Made by a program: the position numbers and the translations under genes. A stretch of 64,000 bases of DNA from the NCBI GenBank assembly GCA_041739415.1, contig JBGSNU010000005.1:192028-256027 (forward strand), read 5' to 3'. Below are positions 20,396-29,016 of this stretch, one piece after another. This DNA is from Bdellovibrionales bacterium (GTDB taxonomy: Bacteria > Bdellovibrionota > Bdellovibrionia > Bdellovibrionales > UBA1609). Below the pieces are notes generated by a model. That model saw nothing but the letters and a program-made list of their open reading frames with translations. It ran no database searches and was not told where the DNA came from. Positions within the stretch are counted from its first letter, which is position 1, and every line of letters begins with the position of its first letter.

Positions 20396-21280
20396 ATGGT
20401 TAACCTTCGAAACGTGCTCCGCAATTTAAGTTTGGTGATGGTGGCAGTGATGCTCACCACATTAACTTATATTTTGGGTGCTCCGTTTCTTAAGGTGCTG
20501 CGGCGTCGAATGGGCCGTGTGGCTTATTGGACTGTCTTCACAATTATTTTTGTGGCGATCTTTTCACTCAAGGCCCAACTTCTAGCCGTGGCGTTTTATA
20601 GCATGGTTGTCTTGGTGGGTGTTTTTGAAGAGTTTGAGGAAATGGGACTCAATTTTCGCGTCAGCGGATTTTTTACTCTCCTCATCAATTCCCTGCTGGC
20701 TGCTGGTGCATTTGCCCTCTGGGTCTTTTATTCGGGGCCAAAGTGGAGTCAGATTCTCCGCACTAATATTGAGGCTATGGTTAAGCCTGTCATTGAGTTG
20801 AATCCTCGCTTTCAAATGGACGTGAATGAACTCATACTTCAATTGCCATCGATTGCCGTAATCGCTTGGGCTGTATCTATTTACTTAGCTGTGTTTTTAG
20901 AAAAGCCCTCAGGGCTCGCAAATGTTACCCAGCCGCCACTAAGGCCTCAACTGAAGCAGTTTGCCCTGCCAGATGCTTGTGTCTGGGTTTTTACCGCGGC
21001 GCTGTTGGGCGCCTTTGGAAACTTTGGTTCAGAGTGGTATGAAGCCCTCTCCGTGAATGTTCTGAACGTGTGCTTCTTGCTTTTCTTTTTCCAAGGAATT
21101 GCGGTCGTAAGCCGATATTTCGAATCGCTCCGGATGACTTTGTTCTGGCAGTGGATTTTAATGTTCTTTATTGTGGTGCAGTTGTTTTTGTTGGTGAGCG
21201 TGATTGGTCTTATGGACTATTGGTTGAACTTCAGGGCCCGGCTAGAAAGACGGTCTGAACAATTCAAAAGTGAAACTTAA
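20396..21280 (+). CDS. Polytopic inner-membrane protein (possibly DUF2232/YybS-like)
   Basis: 294 aa with 7 or more hydrophobic segments. It lies between rpsF and rplI, as yybS does upstream of rplI in Firmicutes. The family assignment is tentative. Confidence 0.6.
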   Translation: MVNLRNVLRNLSLVMVAVMLTTLTYILGAPFLKVLRRRMGRVAYWTVFTIIFVAIFSLKAQLLAVAFYSMVVLVGVFEEFEEMGLNFRVSGFFTLLINSLLAAGAFALWVFYSGPKWSQILRTNIEAMVKPVIELNPRFQMDVNELILQLPSIAVIAWAVSIYLAVFLEKPSGLANVTQPPLRPQLKQFALPDACVWVFTAALLGAFGNFGSEWYEALSVNVLNVCFLLFFFQGIAVVSRYFESLRMTLFWQWILMFFIVVQLFLLVSVIGLMDYWLNFRARLERRSEQFKSET

Positions 21281-21314
21281 ATTGTATTGCTAAGATTAAT
21301 AGTGAGGGAGAGTT

Positions 21315-21761
21315 ATGAAAGTCATTTTACAGAAAGATGTTAAGGACCTAGGTAAAGTCGGTGATTTGGTAAATGTGAAACAAGGCTACGCACGTAACTT
21401 TTTGTTTCCCCGCCAGCTGGCCTTAGTTGCAACAGAAGCCAAGCAGCACGAGTGGACGCATTTAAACAAGATGGCCGAGATCAAAAAGAAGAAGGCCGTG
21501 TCGGGTCGAATGGAGACTATCTCCAAGATGCAGGGTTTGACTCTTAACTTTAAACTCGAAGCTGCTGGTGAGTCAGAAAAGTTATTTGGTTCTGTCACGG
21601 CCATCGATATTTCTCGAGAGCTCGAGCGACAGGGTTTTTCTGTTGATCGTCGCGACATCCATATTGAAGAATCGATCAAGCAACTTGGGCAGCACAAAGT
21701 ATTTGTTCGCATGGGAGAAGGTCTTCAAGCCGAGCTAGCCGTGGTCGTCGAAAAAATCTAG
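21315..21761 (+). CDS. rplI: 50S ribosomal protein L9
   Basis: N-terminus [36 protein letters not shown] is the L9 signature. RBS GAGGGAG. Confidence 0.96.
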   Translation: MKVILQKDVKDLGKVGDLVNVKQGYARNFLFPRQLALVATEAKQHEWTHLNKMAEIKKKKAVSGRMETISKMQGLTLNFKLEAAGESEKLFGSVTAIDISRELERQGFSVDRRDIHIEESIKQLGQHKVFVRMGEGLQAELAVVVEKI

Positions 21762-21777
21762 TAGTGAAATCCCTTAA

Positions 21778-21810
21778 GCCTCGAGCCATCTGGATGTCGA
21801 GGCCCTTTTT
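21778..21810. terminator. Intrinsic terminator after rplI, shared with the convergent small ORF
   Basis: GCCTCGA-gccatctggatg-TCGAGGC followed by CCTTTTT. Confidence 0.75.
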
Positions 21811-21811
21811 C

Positions 21812-22006
21812 TCACCGAAGGGTGCGCTTAGCCTCGCTAAGTACTTCAATTAAATAGCTCGCTGCAATTTCGCGAAGCTGGTCTAACGAAATTTCATTCA
21901 CTGATAGCCCTCGAGACTGGATGAGTCGATCCAGCTCTTGCTTTAAGCTAGCCTCAGGTAAATTGGCTGATTCGATGACTGTGTCAATGAGCTCTTTTCC
22001 ATCCAT
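21812..22006 (-). CDS. Small acidic hypothetical protein (64 aa) downstream of dnaB
   Basis: The ATG at 22006 is preceded by GGAAGGGG. The product is helical and acidic (MDGKELIDTVIESANLPEASLKQELDRL...). I recognise no family. Confidence 0.5.
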   Translation of the reverse strand: MDGKELIDTVIESANLPEASLKQELDRLIQSRGLSVNEISLDQLREIAASYLIEVLSEAKRTLR

Positions 22007-22182
22007 GGATTGTTGCCCCTTCCTAGGTTCATAAGATGACTCTCTGTCACCGGCACATAGGTTAATTGAAAGTGGCAATTGGCCTAGGGGTACCGCTGGA
22101 AGCTCATCTGGTACTCATCTTTGCGTGAATTGGTAGGCAAAGGAAAGGCTGAGATCACTCCCAAGTCCTTTGGCTAGCTCAG

Positions 22183-23601
22183 TTAAGATCTGCCGGCTCC
22201 GGGTGCAAAATTATAGACTTTGCCTTCGCGTTTGGCTGGGCCCGAGCTAGGCTTTGGCGCTTCAGGCATGGGTGGGTTTGGGCCACGCACGAGGTTCTCA
22301 AAAACTCCGTATTCTGGAATCCAGCGCAACTTCACGGTGTCTGTAGGACCGTTACGCTGTTTACCAATAATAATCTCAGCTACGCCCTTGATCTCAGGAT
22401 TGTCGCGATCGTAATAGTCTTCGCGATAGATCATCATAATGACATCGGCATCTTGCTCAATCGAGCCCGACTCTCGTAAATCCGAGAGCATTGGGCGCCG
22501 ATCTGATCGGCCCTCAACGCCTCGATTTAACTGTGCTAGCGCGATCACTGGAACCTGAAGCTCCTTGGCAATCGACTTCAATAGCTTTGAAATCTCAGAC
22601 ACCTCACGTTCGCGGCTCTCCATCTTATTCTTCATACTCATCAACTGGAGGTAGTCGATCATGATCATATCTAGGCCATGCTGCGCCTTCATGCGACGTG
22701 CTTTGGCACGAATTTCAAATGGAGAGATACCGGAGCTGTCGTCTATGAACAGACCAGTGTCACTGATTGAGGCTGCGGTATTTATAAGCCGAGGCCAGGC
22801 GCGGTCATCAATTTTTCCGACTCGCAGATCCGAGAGGCCGATTTTGGCAGAGGAGGCCAACATCCTTACCATCACTTGCTCTTTGCCCATCTCCACGGAG
22901 AAATAGGCCACTTTCTTTTTGTCATTGAGGGCCGCGTGCAGCGCGATATTTAGAGACAATGCCGTCTTACCCATTGAGGGCCTTGCTGCGAGGATCGTGA
23001 GTTCACCGGGGTGGAATCCAGCAGTCAAATCATCGAGCTCAGTGAAGCCGCTCGAAACGCCCGTCACCATGAGCTGACTCGCGTAGAGGCTCTCAATCTT
23101 CTCCAAGCTGAGTTTAACCAACTCGCTGGCATCGGTTAGGCCGACGCTAACCTTGCTTTCGGCAAGTTGAAAGATCTTCGCTTCAATATTATCCAAGAAT
23201 GAATCAATATTTTCGTACTCTTGTGAATAGGCCTTATCGACAAAATCCTGGCTGGAGTGAATGACCTTACGGAGGAGTGACTTTTCACTAACAATCTTAG
23301 CGTAAGAAGTGATGTTGGCTGTAGACGGCGTTTGCTCAGCCATCTCGGCGAGATAAGCAGCACCGCCAATACTTTCAAGCTCTCCCCGCTCGAGCAGGAG
23401 ATTTGAGACGGTCAGAAGATCGGCGGGCATTTCACGGCGGTGCAACTCACGAACGGCCGAGTACACTTTTCGATGCGAGGGCTTATAAAAATCTTCTTCG
23501 ACCAAAAGCTCAGAGACTTCGTCCCAAGCTTCTTGGTCGAGCATAAGCCCACCAAGAATGGATTTTTCTGCTTCGAGATTTTGTGGTGGCAAACGATCCA
23601 T
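22183..23601 (-). CDS. dnaB: Replicative DNA helicase
   Basis: N-terminus PPQNLEAEKSILGGLM and Walker A ARPSMGKTA, plus IMIDYLQLM and ALAQLNR. Proline-rich C-terminal tail of about 35 aa. Confidence 0.96.
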   Translation of the reverse strand: MDRLPPQNLEAEKSILGGLMLDQEAWDEVSELLVEEDFYKPSHRKVYSAVRELHRREMPADLLTVSNLLLERGELESIGGAAYLAEMAEQTPSTANITSYAKIVSEKSLLRKVIHSSQDFVDKAYSQEYENIDSFLDNIEAKIFQLAESKVSVGLTDASELVKLSLEKIESLYASQLMVTGVSSGFTELDDLTAGFHPGELTILAARPSMGKTALSLNIALHAALNDKKKVAYFSVEMGKEQVMVRMLASSAKIGLSDLRVGKIDDRAWPRLINTAASISDTGLFIDDSSGISPFEIRAKARRMKAQHGLDMIMIDYLQLMSMKNKMESREREVSEISKLLKSIAKELQVPVIALAQLNRGVEGRSDRRPMLSDLRESGSIEQDADVIMMIYREDYYDRDNPEIKGVAEIIIGKQRNGPTDTVKLRWIPEYGVFENLVRGPNPPMPEAPKPSSGPAKREGKVYNFAPGAGRS

Positions 23602-23706
23602 CGGTCCTCGCGCCTAATTAATAACAGCTCGCCAGAGTGGTGTGCGGGCCAAATCCAAGGTGGAGTGCAACGAAAACCCGCTGATGTAAATTAATGGCGA
23701 ATAGAT

Positions 23707-24021
23707 CTATAGGTTCGGTTTGTTTCTAGCGCGGATTTTGTAACTATCAATCTTTTTCTTCAAGGTGTTTCGATTGATACCGAGCATCTTGGCCGTCTTT
23801 ACCTGATTGCCATTGTAGACGCCGAGAGCCAGCTCGATGAGGGGTTTTTCAACCTGCTCCAAAACAATTTTATGTAGTCCATCTAGCTCGACTTGAGCTT
23901 CGTGTTGCTGCTGAAAGAGCACCTCAAGCTTGCTGCGCACCAATTTCTCAAGACTTACAGTCTGAAGATTGGCAACGAGTAGACCATCTGGATTGTTGTT
24001 GGCAGATTGAACCGTTTGCAA
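23707..24021 (-). CDS. fis: Fis-family nucleoid-associated DNA-binding protein
   Basis: 104 aa. The C-terminal HTH VEKPLIELALGVYNGNQVKTAKMLGINRNTLKKKIDSY closely parallels E. coli Fis ([38 protein letters not shown]). Confidence 0.8.
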   Translation of the reverse strand: MQTVQSANNNPDGLLVANLQTVSLEKLVRSKLEVLFQQQHEAQVELDGLHKIVLEQVEKPLIELALGVYNGNQVKTAKMLGINRNTLKKKIDSYKIRARNKPNL

Positions 24022-24071
24022 AAGAACCCCCCTAGGCGAGTGACAGGTTCTAAGTGATAACTAGCGCAGGG

Positions 24072-24806
24072 TCAAACTCCACGCGCATCGGCTGACCAAA
24101 TATATTTATGAAGCTGGACCTGCATCCTCGCGCGTGAGCCTGACTGCAGAATTTTTTCTGCTAACCACCGCTCATCGGTGATTTTAAATGATGGGCTGTA
24201 TAAAACGTTTGATTTTTTAAAAAGTTCATTTTTCTCAGCAAACTGCTCTGACCAGGTAAAGTCACTCTCTGAACAGATCACAAATTTGAATTCAGTTGCA
24301 GCATCTGCCAACAAAACATTTTTTGTATTGAAGGCGTGCGGTGCTCCGCTGTCCGGAGTCTTAATATCGATTATTTTTTTAACTCGTGGGTCCACGTTCG
24401 TGCAATCTTTGTCACCACTTGTTTCAAGTGAGACTCGGTAGCCGAGGTCGCAAAGTTCTTTTAGAAGAACAAAACTCGCAGCCTGAAGAAGGGGCTCGCC
24501 GCCCGTCAGACAAACGAAGCGCGAATTGTATTTAGCAACCTCATCTAAAACGTGCTGGACCGACATCGCGTGACCTTCGTAATAAGCATATTGCGTGTCA
24601 CAGTACGTGCATCGCAAATGGCAGCCCGATGTGCGCACAAAGACTGTGGGGTGCCCCACCCAAGAGGATTCTCCCTGAATGCTAAAGAAAATTTCATTGA
24701 TTTTCAGGCTCAGTTCCAATCCAACACCTTTTTGACTTTGGTCCAATAGACCCTTACTACAGGCTCTTTGGGAAATCCAGACTTTCAATCCCAATTTCGC
24801 TCCCAT
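24072..24806 (-). CDS. queE: 7-carboxy-7-deazaguanine synthase (radical SAM)
   Basis: INEIFFSIQGES...G.PTVFVRTSGCHLRCTYCDT (CX3CX2C) and CLTGGEP. The longest ORF is given. TTG 24719, preceded by AAAGGTG, is the more likely start. Confidence 0.85.
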   Translation of the reverse strand: MGAKLGLKVWISQRACSKGLLDQSQKGVGLELSLKINEIFFSIQGESSWVGHPTVFVRTSGCHLRCTYCDTQYAYYEGHAMSVQHVLDEVAKYNSRFVCLTGGEPLLQAASFVLLKELCDLGYRVSLETSGDKDCTNVDPRVKKIIDIKTPDSGAPHAFNTKNVLLADAATEFKFVICSESDFTWSEQFAEKNELFKKSNVLYSPSFKITDERWLAEKILQSGSRARMQVQLHKYIWSADARGV

Positions 24807-24817
24807 AAACTGTCGTA

Positions 24818-27193
24818 ATGAAACGTTTATTCGAAAAATATGGCGATGACCTCAGAGGACTCTTCTGGCTGTTTTTGGGAGTTTTTTTGAGTGCGTCGCT
24901 CTTTAGCTATTCGCCACTCGACAGCTCATTCAATTCGATCACGCTCGGTGGCCGACCACAAAATCTCTGTGGTTACATTGGGTCGTTTATTAGCGATCTT
25001 TTGTACCAAGGCTTTGGCGTTGGCGCCTGGGTATTTGTTTTTGCGATGCTTCGGCTCAGCTACCGAAGCTTTATCGAATCCCATCCCAAGCGGGAGAAGC
25101 GGCATTGGTGGATCGATGGAATTCTCTTGGGCTGCGTGATTTGTCTGACAAGTCTTTATTTCGGCGATGTTCGAGTGTTTGGTGGGCAAATTCGGCTCGG
25201 TGGTTGGGTGGGCCACTTTGTTACTAGCGGGATGGTTGGAGCATTGAACCGTGTGGGATGGGCAATTTGTCTTTGGACCTGCCTGGCCGGTCTGATTGTC
25301 CTGTATGTGGACCGTCCAATTGCATCGATGCTGAGCCGTCCCTTTGACCAAATAATGACCACTATCGAAAATTTAAAAGCGGCGACTCAGCGGCTTGTGC
25401 TTTGGGTCGGTCAAAATCGTCGACCCAGCAATGGGCAAATCTCTCGCCCGAAAAATTTAGAAGTAGCTCCCAAGGCGGGGTTCTTTAAAATACGAACCGA
25501 GGCCAAAGTCACTGTGGATAAGACCGTGCCCGAGGAGGACTTTTTAAGTGAGCCAGTGGGGGGCGATGAATTTTCACTCGGCGCACCCATTACAGGCTTT
25601 CTCAAAGAGCAAATTAGCGCCCACAAAAAGACCACACGCCCAGCGCTTAGCATCTCGAGGCGAGTGGCCAACTGGGAGCTCCCGAAGCTATCTTTACTTG
25701 AGGATCCGCCTTCGACCCGCGCTCGGCTAGATGAGCGAGAAATTAAAAACAAGGCACGGTTGCTTGTTGAAAAGCTGGGTCAGTTTTCAGTGCGCGGTGA
25801 AGTGGTGGGCATCAAGCCAGGGCCAGCCGTTACGATGTTTGAATTCAAGCCAGCGGCAGATGTCAAAATCAGTCGTATCACGGATCTTGCCGACGATCTC
25901 TCGTTGGCTTTGAGTAGTGAGTCGGTGCGGATCATTGCACCCATTCCTGGGCGAGATGTGGTGGGGATAGAAACTTCAAACTCCACTCGTGAGGCCGTGT
26001 TTGTGAAAGAAATTGTCACACAAGAGCCCTTTTGGAATGAGGATTGCAAGCTGCCGCTGGCACTTGGTCGAAAAGCCGACGGTGAGCCCCGTATTGTAGA
26101 TCTGCGCAAGATGCCACATCTGTTGGTCGCAGGCTCCACGGGGTCAGGTAAGTCGGTGTTTATTGTCTCCATCATTACGGGCCTTTTGTTTCGGCACTCA
26201 CCAAAGACGCTCAAGCTTATTTTGGTTGATCCAAAGCAAGTGGATCTTGCGGCCTTCAACGATTTACCGCATTTGATCATGCCCCCAATTCGCGAAGCAA
26301 AAAAAGCCGTCGGGGCCTTGCGCTGGGCGATTCGCGAAATGGAAAAACGCTATCGATCTATGTCGAAATTTGGAGCGCGAGGCCTAGAGTCTTTCAACGA
26401 GACGGTTGCAGATCTCGCGATTGAAAAGCAGCAGGAGCATGCCGCAAAAAATGATGCATTAGAGGGGCGGTTTCATCCTGAATCTTATTACTTTCAGCCC
26501 CTACCGTACGTCGTCATTGTTGTAGAAGAATTTGGTGATCTGATGTCTGTGGATAAAATCAACGTTGAACAAGCCGTGGTTCGGTTGGCGCAAATGGCGC
26601 GTGCGTGTGGCATACACTTGGTGTTGGCGATGCAAAGTCCGCGGCGCGATGTTGTCACCGGCTTAATCAAAACCAATATACCCGGGCGAATTAGCTTTAA
26701 GGTGGCAAGCAAAATGGACTCTCGCATTATTTTGGATGAGGGTGGCGCAGAGCGACTGTTAGCTCGAGGAGACATGTTGTTCTTGGCGCCTGGAGTATCT
26801 AAGCCAGAGCGGCACCATGGGCCCTTTCTATCAGAAGAAGAAATTCGCGCGGTCGTCGATTCGTGGAAGTCGCAGGGTGAACCCGAGTACGATGCGTTGG
26901 CTATGAAGGCGATTGATGGTTCTGGCGGTGGTTTTGAGTCTGATCGCGGTGATTCGGCAAACTCGGCTTCAGAGTTTGAGGATGGCGATGAAATCAAAGA
27001 CGATCGATATGATGAAGTCCTGGAGTGGGTGGCCGCGCAAAAAGAGGTGAGCGCTTCGTTACTCCAGCGCAAATTTCGACTGGGCTACCCGCGGGCGGCA
27101 CGAATGATTGAGATTTTCGCGACCGAGGGTGTGGTAGGGCCAGCGAATGGGTCAAAGCCTCGCACGGTCTTGGTGCGCGAGCTTCCTCGCTAG
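24818..27193 (+). CDS. ftsK: DNA translocase FtsK
   Basis: N-terminal TM helices, a linker, and a motor domain with Walker A AGSTGSGKS and VVIVVEEFGDLM. C-terminal gamma winged helix SASLLQRKFRLGYPRAARMIE. Confidence 0.96.
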   Translation: MKRLFEKYGDDLRGLFWLFLGVFLSASLFSYSPLDSSFNSITLGGRPQNLCGYIGSFISDLLYQGFGVGAWVFVFAMLRLSYRSFIESHPKREKRHWWIDGILLGCVICLTSLYFGDVRVFGGQIRLGGWVGHFVTSGMVGALNRVGWAICLWTCLAGLIVLYVDRPIASMLSRPFDQIMTTIENLKAATQRLVLWVGQNRRPSNGQISRPKNLEVAPKAGFFKIRTEAKVTVDKTVPEEDFLSEPVGGDEFSLGAPITGFLKEQISAHKKTTRPALSISRRVANWELPKLSLLEDPPSTRARLDEREIKNKARLLVEKLGQFSVRGEVVGIKPGPAVTMFEFKPAADVKISRITDLADDLSLALSSESVRIIAPIPGRDVVGIETSNSTREAVFVKEIVTQEPFWNEDCKLPLALGRKADGEPRIVDLRKMPHLLVAGSTGSGKSVFIVSIITGLLFRHSPKTLKLILVDPKQVDLAAFNDLPHLIMPPIREAKKAVGALRWAIREMEKRYRSMSKFGARGLESFNETVADLAIEKQQEHAAKNDALEGRFHPESYYFQPLPYVVIVVEEFGDLMSVDKINVEQAVVRLAQMARACGIHLVLAMQSPRRDVVTGLIKTNIPGRISFKVASKMDSRIILDEGGAERLLARGDMLFLAPGVSKPERHHGPFLSEEEIRAVVDSWKSQGEPEYDALAMKAIDGSGGGFESDRGDSANSASEFEDGDEIKDDRYDEVLEWVAAQKEVSASLLQRKFRLGYPRAARMIEIFATEGVVGPANGSKPRTVLVRELPR

Positions 27194-27289
27194 AGGGCAG
27201 CCAAAAGGGTTGAGATACTATCCTGCCGTTCTGTCCGATGGGCATTGGCAATAAGATACGTCGTCCTCTATATTTTTATTTTCCCTCCG

Positions 27290-27317
27290 TTGACGGGCTG
27301 TATTTTTTGTATATACT
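27290..27317 (+). promoter_or_regulatory. Putative sigma70-type promoter of brnTA (leaderless configuration)
   Basis: TTGACG (27290-27295), a 16-nt spacer, then TATACT (27312-27317). The brnT ATG is 7 nt after the -10 and has no Shine-Dalgarno. Confidence 0.5.
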
Positions 27318-27324
27318 ATAAATC

Positions 27325-27615
27325 ATGAAGTTTGATTGGGACCCTTCTAAGGCTGAGTCTAATAGAAAAAAGCACCACATCAGCTTTGAACTGGCTATTA
27401 CTGTTTTCGATGATCCCTATGCCTTGATTGCGCCGGATCCCAAGCATTCTGCTTCTGAAGCTCGTGAATGGATTATTGGAGAGTCTGACCGAGGTGTTGT
27501 GGTGGTCGTATTCACCAGACGACTAGAAGGAAAACTCTATCGCATTATTAGCGCTAGGCGCGCAAACCTCCGAGAAAGGAAACTGTATGAAGAATTCAAA
27601 AGACTTTCCCTTTGA
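27325..27615 (+). CDS. brnT: BrnT-family (DUF497) ribonuclease toxin
   Basis: 96 aa. MKFDWDPSKAESNRKKHHISFELAITVFDDP........E.R...IG......VVVVVFTRR....RIISARRA is the DUF497/BrnT pattern. Confidence 0.85.
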   Translation: MKFDWDPSKAESNRKKHHISFELAITVFDDPYALIAPDPKHSASEAREWIIGESDRGVVVVVFTRRLEGKLYRIISARRANLRERKLYEEFKRLSL

Positions 27616-27856
27616 AAAGGCCCGTCGCATTTCTAGTAAGGAAGTAGCGTCTGCAAGGAAGGCGCTTGAACTCAAATCAGGCAAAAAAAGACAGAGCCGC
27701 GGGCGTCCTGTTAAATCTGAAGAAGAAAAGTTTGTCCCGACATCGATTCGACTTCATCCAAAAATATTGGAATGGGCGAAGCGCGAAGCTAAAAAACGTG
27801 GCTGCGGTTATCAAACGATTATAAATGAAATTTTACTTGAGAAGGCAGTTAGCTGA
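27587..27856 (+). CDS. brnA: BrnA-family antitoxin (RHH/CopG-like)
   Basis: 89 aa. It overlaps brnT by 29 nt. The C-terminus TSIRLHPKILEWAKREAKKRGCGYQTIINEILLE matches the BrnA ribbon-helix-helix pattern. Confidence 0.8.
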   Translation: MKNSKDFPFEKARRISSKEVASARKALELKSGKKRQSRGRPVKSEEEKFVPTSIRLHPKILEWAKREAKKRGCGYQTIINEILLEKAVS

Positions 27857-28052
27857 ACCTTATCTCAGTCACTGGCACTTAAGTCCGAAAAATTCGAGGT
27901 CTTGAGTTAAGCGCAATCTTTGCGAGTTCGGCTGGTCCATTTTATCTAAATAAGGTCAGCGAGTGTTCGATGTGAGGCGCTCCCCGGCTGTCCCAAAGCT
28001 TGTTCAAATGGATCAGTCGTGATACTCCATCTGGCAAACCTGGAGGGGTTGG

Positions 28053-28988
28053 GTGAAGTCAGTTTATTTATATGTTTTTGTAGTTGTTGGGCTTACCATA
28101 AGTCCTATCGCTAAAGCAGACTTTGTGGAGTCCAAGCTTCTTCGTCTGGATGGGTCGGAAATCACATTTTACCTGGATCAGCCCAATTCGGGACCATTTT
28201 CTCTTATTCTTTTTCTCCAAGGTTCGGAATGTCATTCCGTTATGGGCAGAAATAATATGCCCTCGAATCCGGCGCAGATGTTTGGTGCGGGCTTTCTGAA
28301 GATAGAAAAGTATGGAATCACTAGTTCTCAGAACTCCAAAAATGACGTAGACAATTGCACTCCTGAGTTTTTGCGACAAAACACTCTTGACCAGCGAACT
28401 TTAGACGCTCTCAAAGTCATTTCCCGACTGAGAACCCAGCTAACGAGGTGGAATCACAAATTACTTATTATCGGAGGATCTGAAGGTGGGATGTTAGCAC
28501 CAATTCTAGCATCATTGATCCCAGAAACTGAAAAAGTTGCTATGCTCGTTGCAGGAAACGGTCGAACAATGTTGGAAGATACGCGCGAAGCGCTTGCCTT
28601 AACTGCGCAAAAGCATGGTCTTGGCGACAATGAAGTTGCCCAACTTCTTGTTGAGTACGACCTAACGACTGCTGAAATCAAAGTCGATCCAAGTCCCAAC
28701 AAAATGTATCTCGGTCATCCATATCGTTGGTGGAATTCTGTTCTTTGGATAAAGCCGGTCAACTGGATGTTGGATTTAGCGATTCCGCAACTACTCATTC
28801 ACGGCACTGCGGACATCTCGGTCCCTGTGGCAAGTGCTCATGCTACCGTAGATGCCTTCCTTACGGCGGGCAGAAACAATCTCACCTACTGGGAGGCCAA
28901 AGACTGCGACCATGCATTGGTGGACAGTCGGGGCACCAGCCACAAGACGGATTACTTACATAAAGCCATACAGTGGCTGCTCCAGTGA
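28053..28988 (+). CDS. Secreted alpha/beta hydrolase (S9/dienelactone-hydrolase-like)
   Basis: GTG start after GGAGGGG. Signal peptide (..ISPIAKA), nucleophile elbow IIGGSEGG, and C-terminal D/H residues (HGTADISV ... DCDHAL). Confidence 0.75.
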   Translation: MKSVYLYVFVVVGLTISPIAKADFVESKLLRLDGSEITFYLDQPNSGPFSLILFLQGSECHSVMGRNNMPSNPAQMFGAGFLKIEKYGITSSQNSKNDVDNCTPEFLRQNTLDQRTLDALKVISRLRTQLTRWNHKLLIIGGSEGGMLAPILASLIPETEKVAMLVAGNGRTMLEDTREALALTAQKHGLGDNEVAQLLVEYDLTTAEIKVDPSPNKMYLGHPYRWWNSVLWIKPVNWMLDLAIPQLLIHGTADISVPVASAHATVDAFLTAGRNNLTYWEAKDCDHALVDSRGTSHKTDYLHKAIQWLLQ

Positions 28989-29016
28989 TACTACATTTTG
29001 CGATCGGAACAGATTG

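Noticed and set aside
20257-20460. 67-aa minus-strand ORF (PRSPRSPP repeats)
   Set aside because: It is the antisense shadow of the DRG repeat tail of rpsF.
25780-27072. 166-aa and 192-aa minus-strand ORFs inside ftsK
   Set aside because: They are antisense to a clearly identified FtsK motor domain. The products are Ser/Arg-rich low-complexity translations.
28852-29016. N-terminal 55 codons of the longest retropepsin ORF, overlapping the hydrolase gene by 137 nt
   Set aside because: This part (MPSLRRAETISPTGRPKTAT...) looks non-protein-like and overlaps a well-supported gene. The hydrophobic export signal begins right after the internal ATG at 29017.
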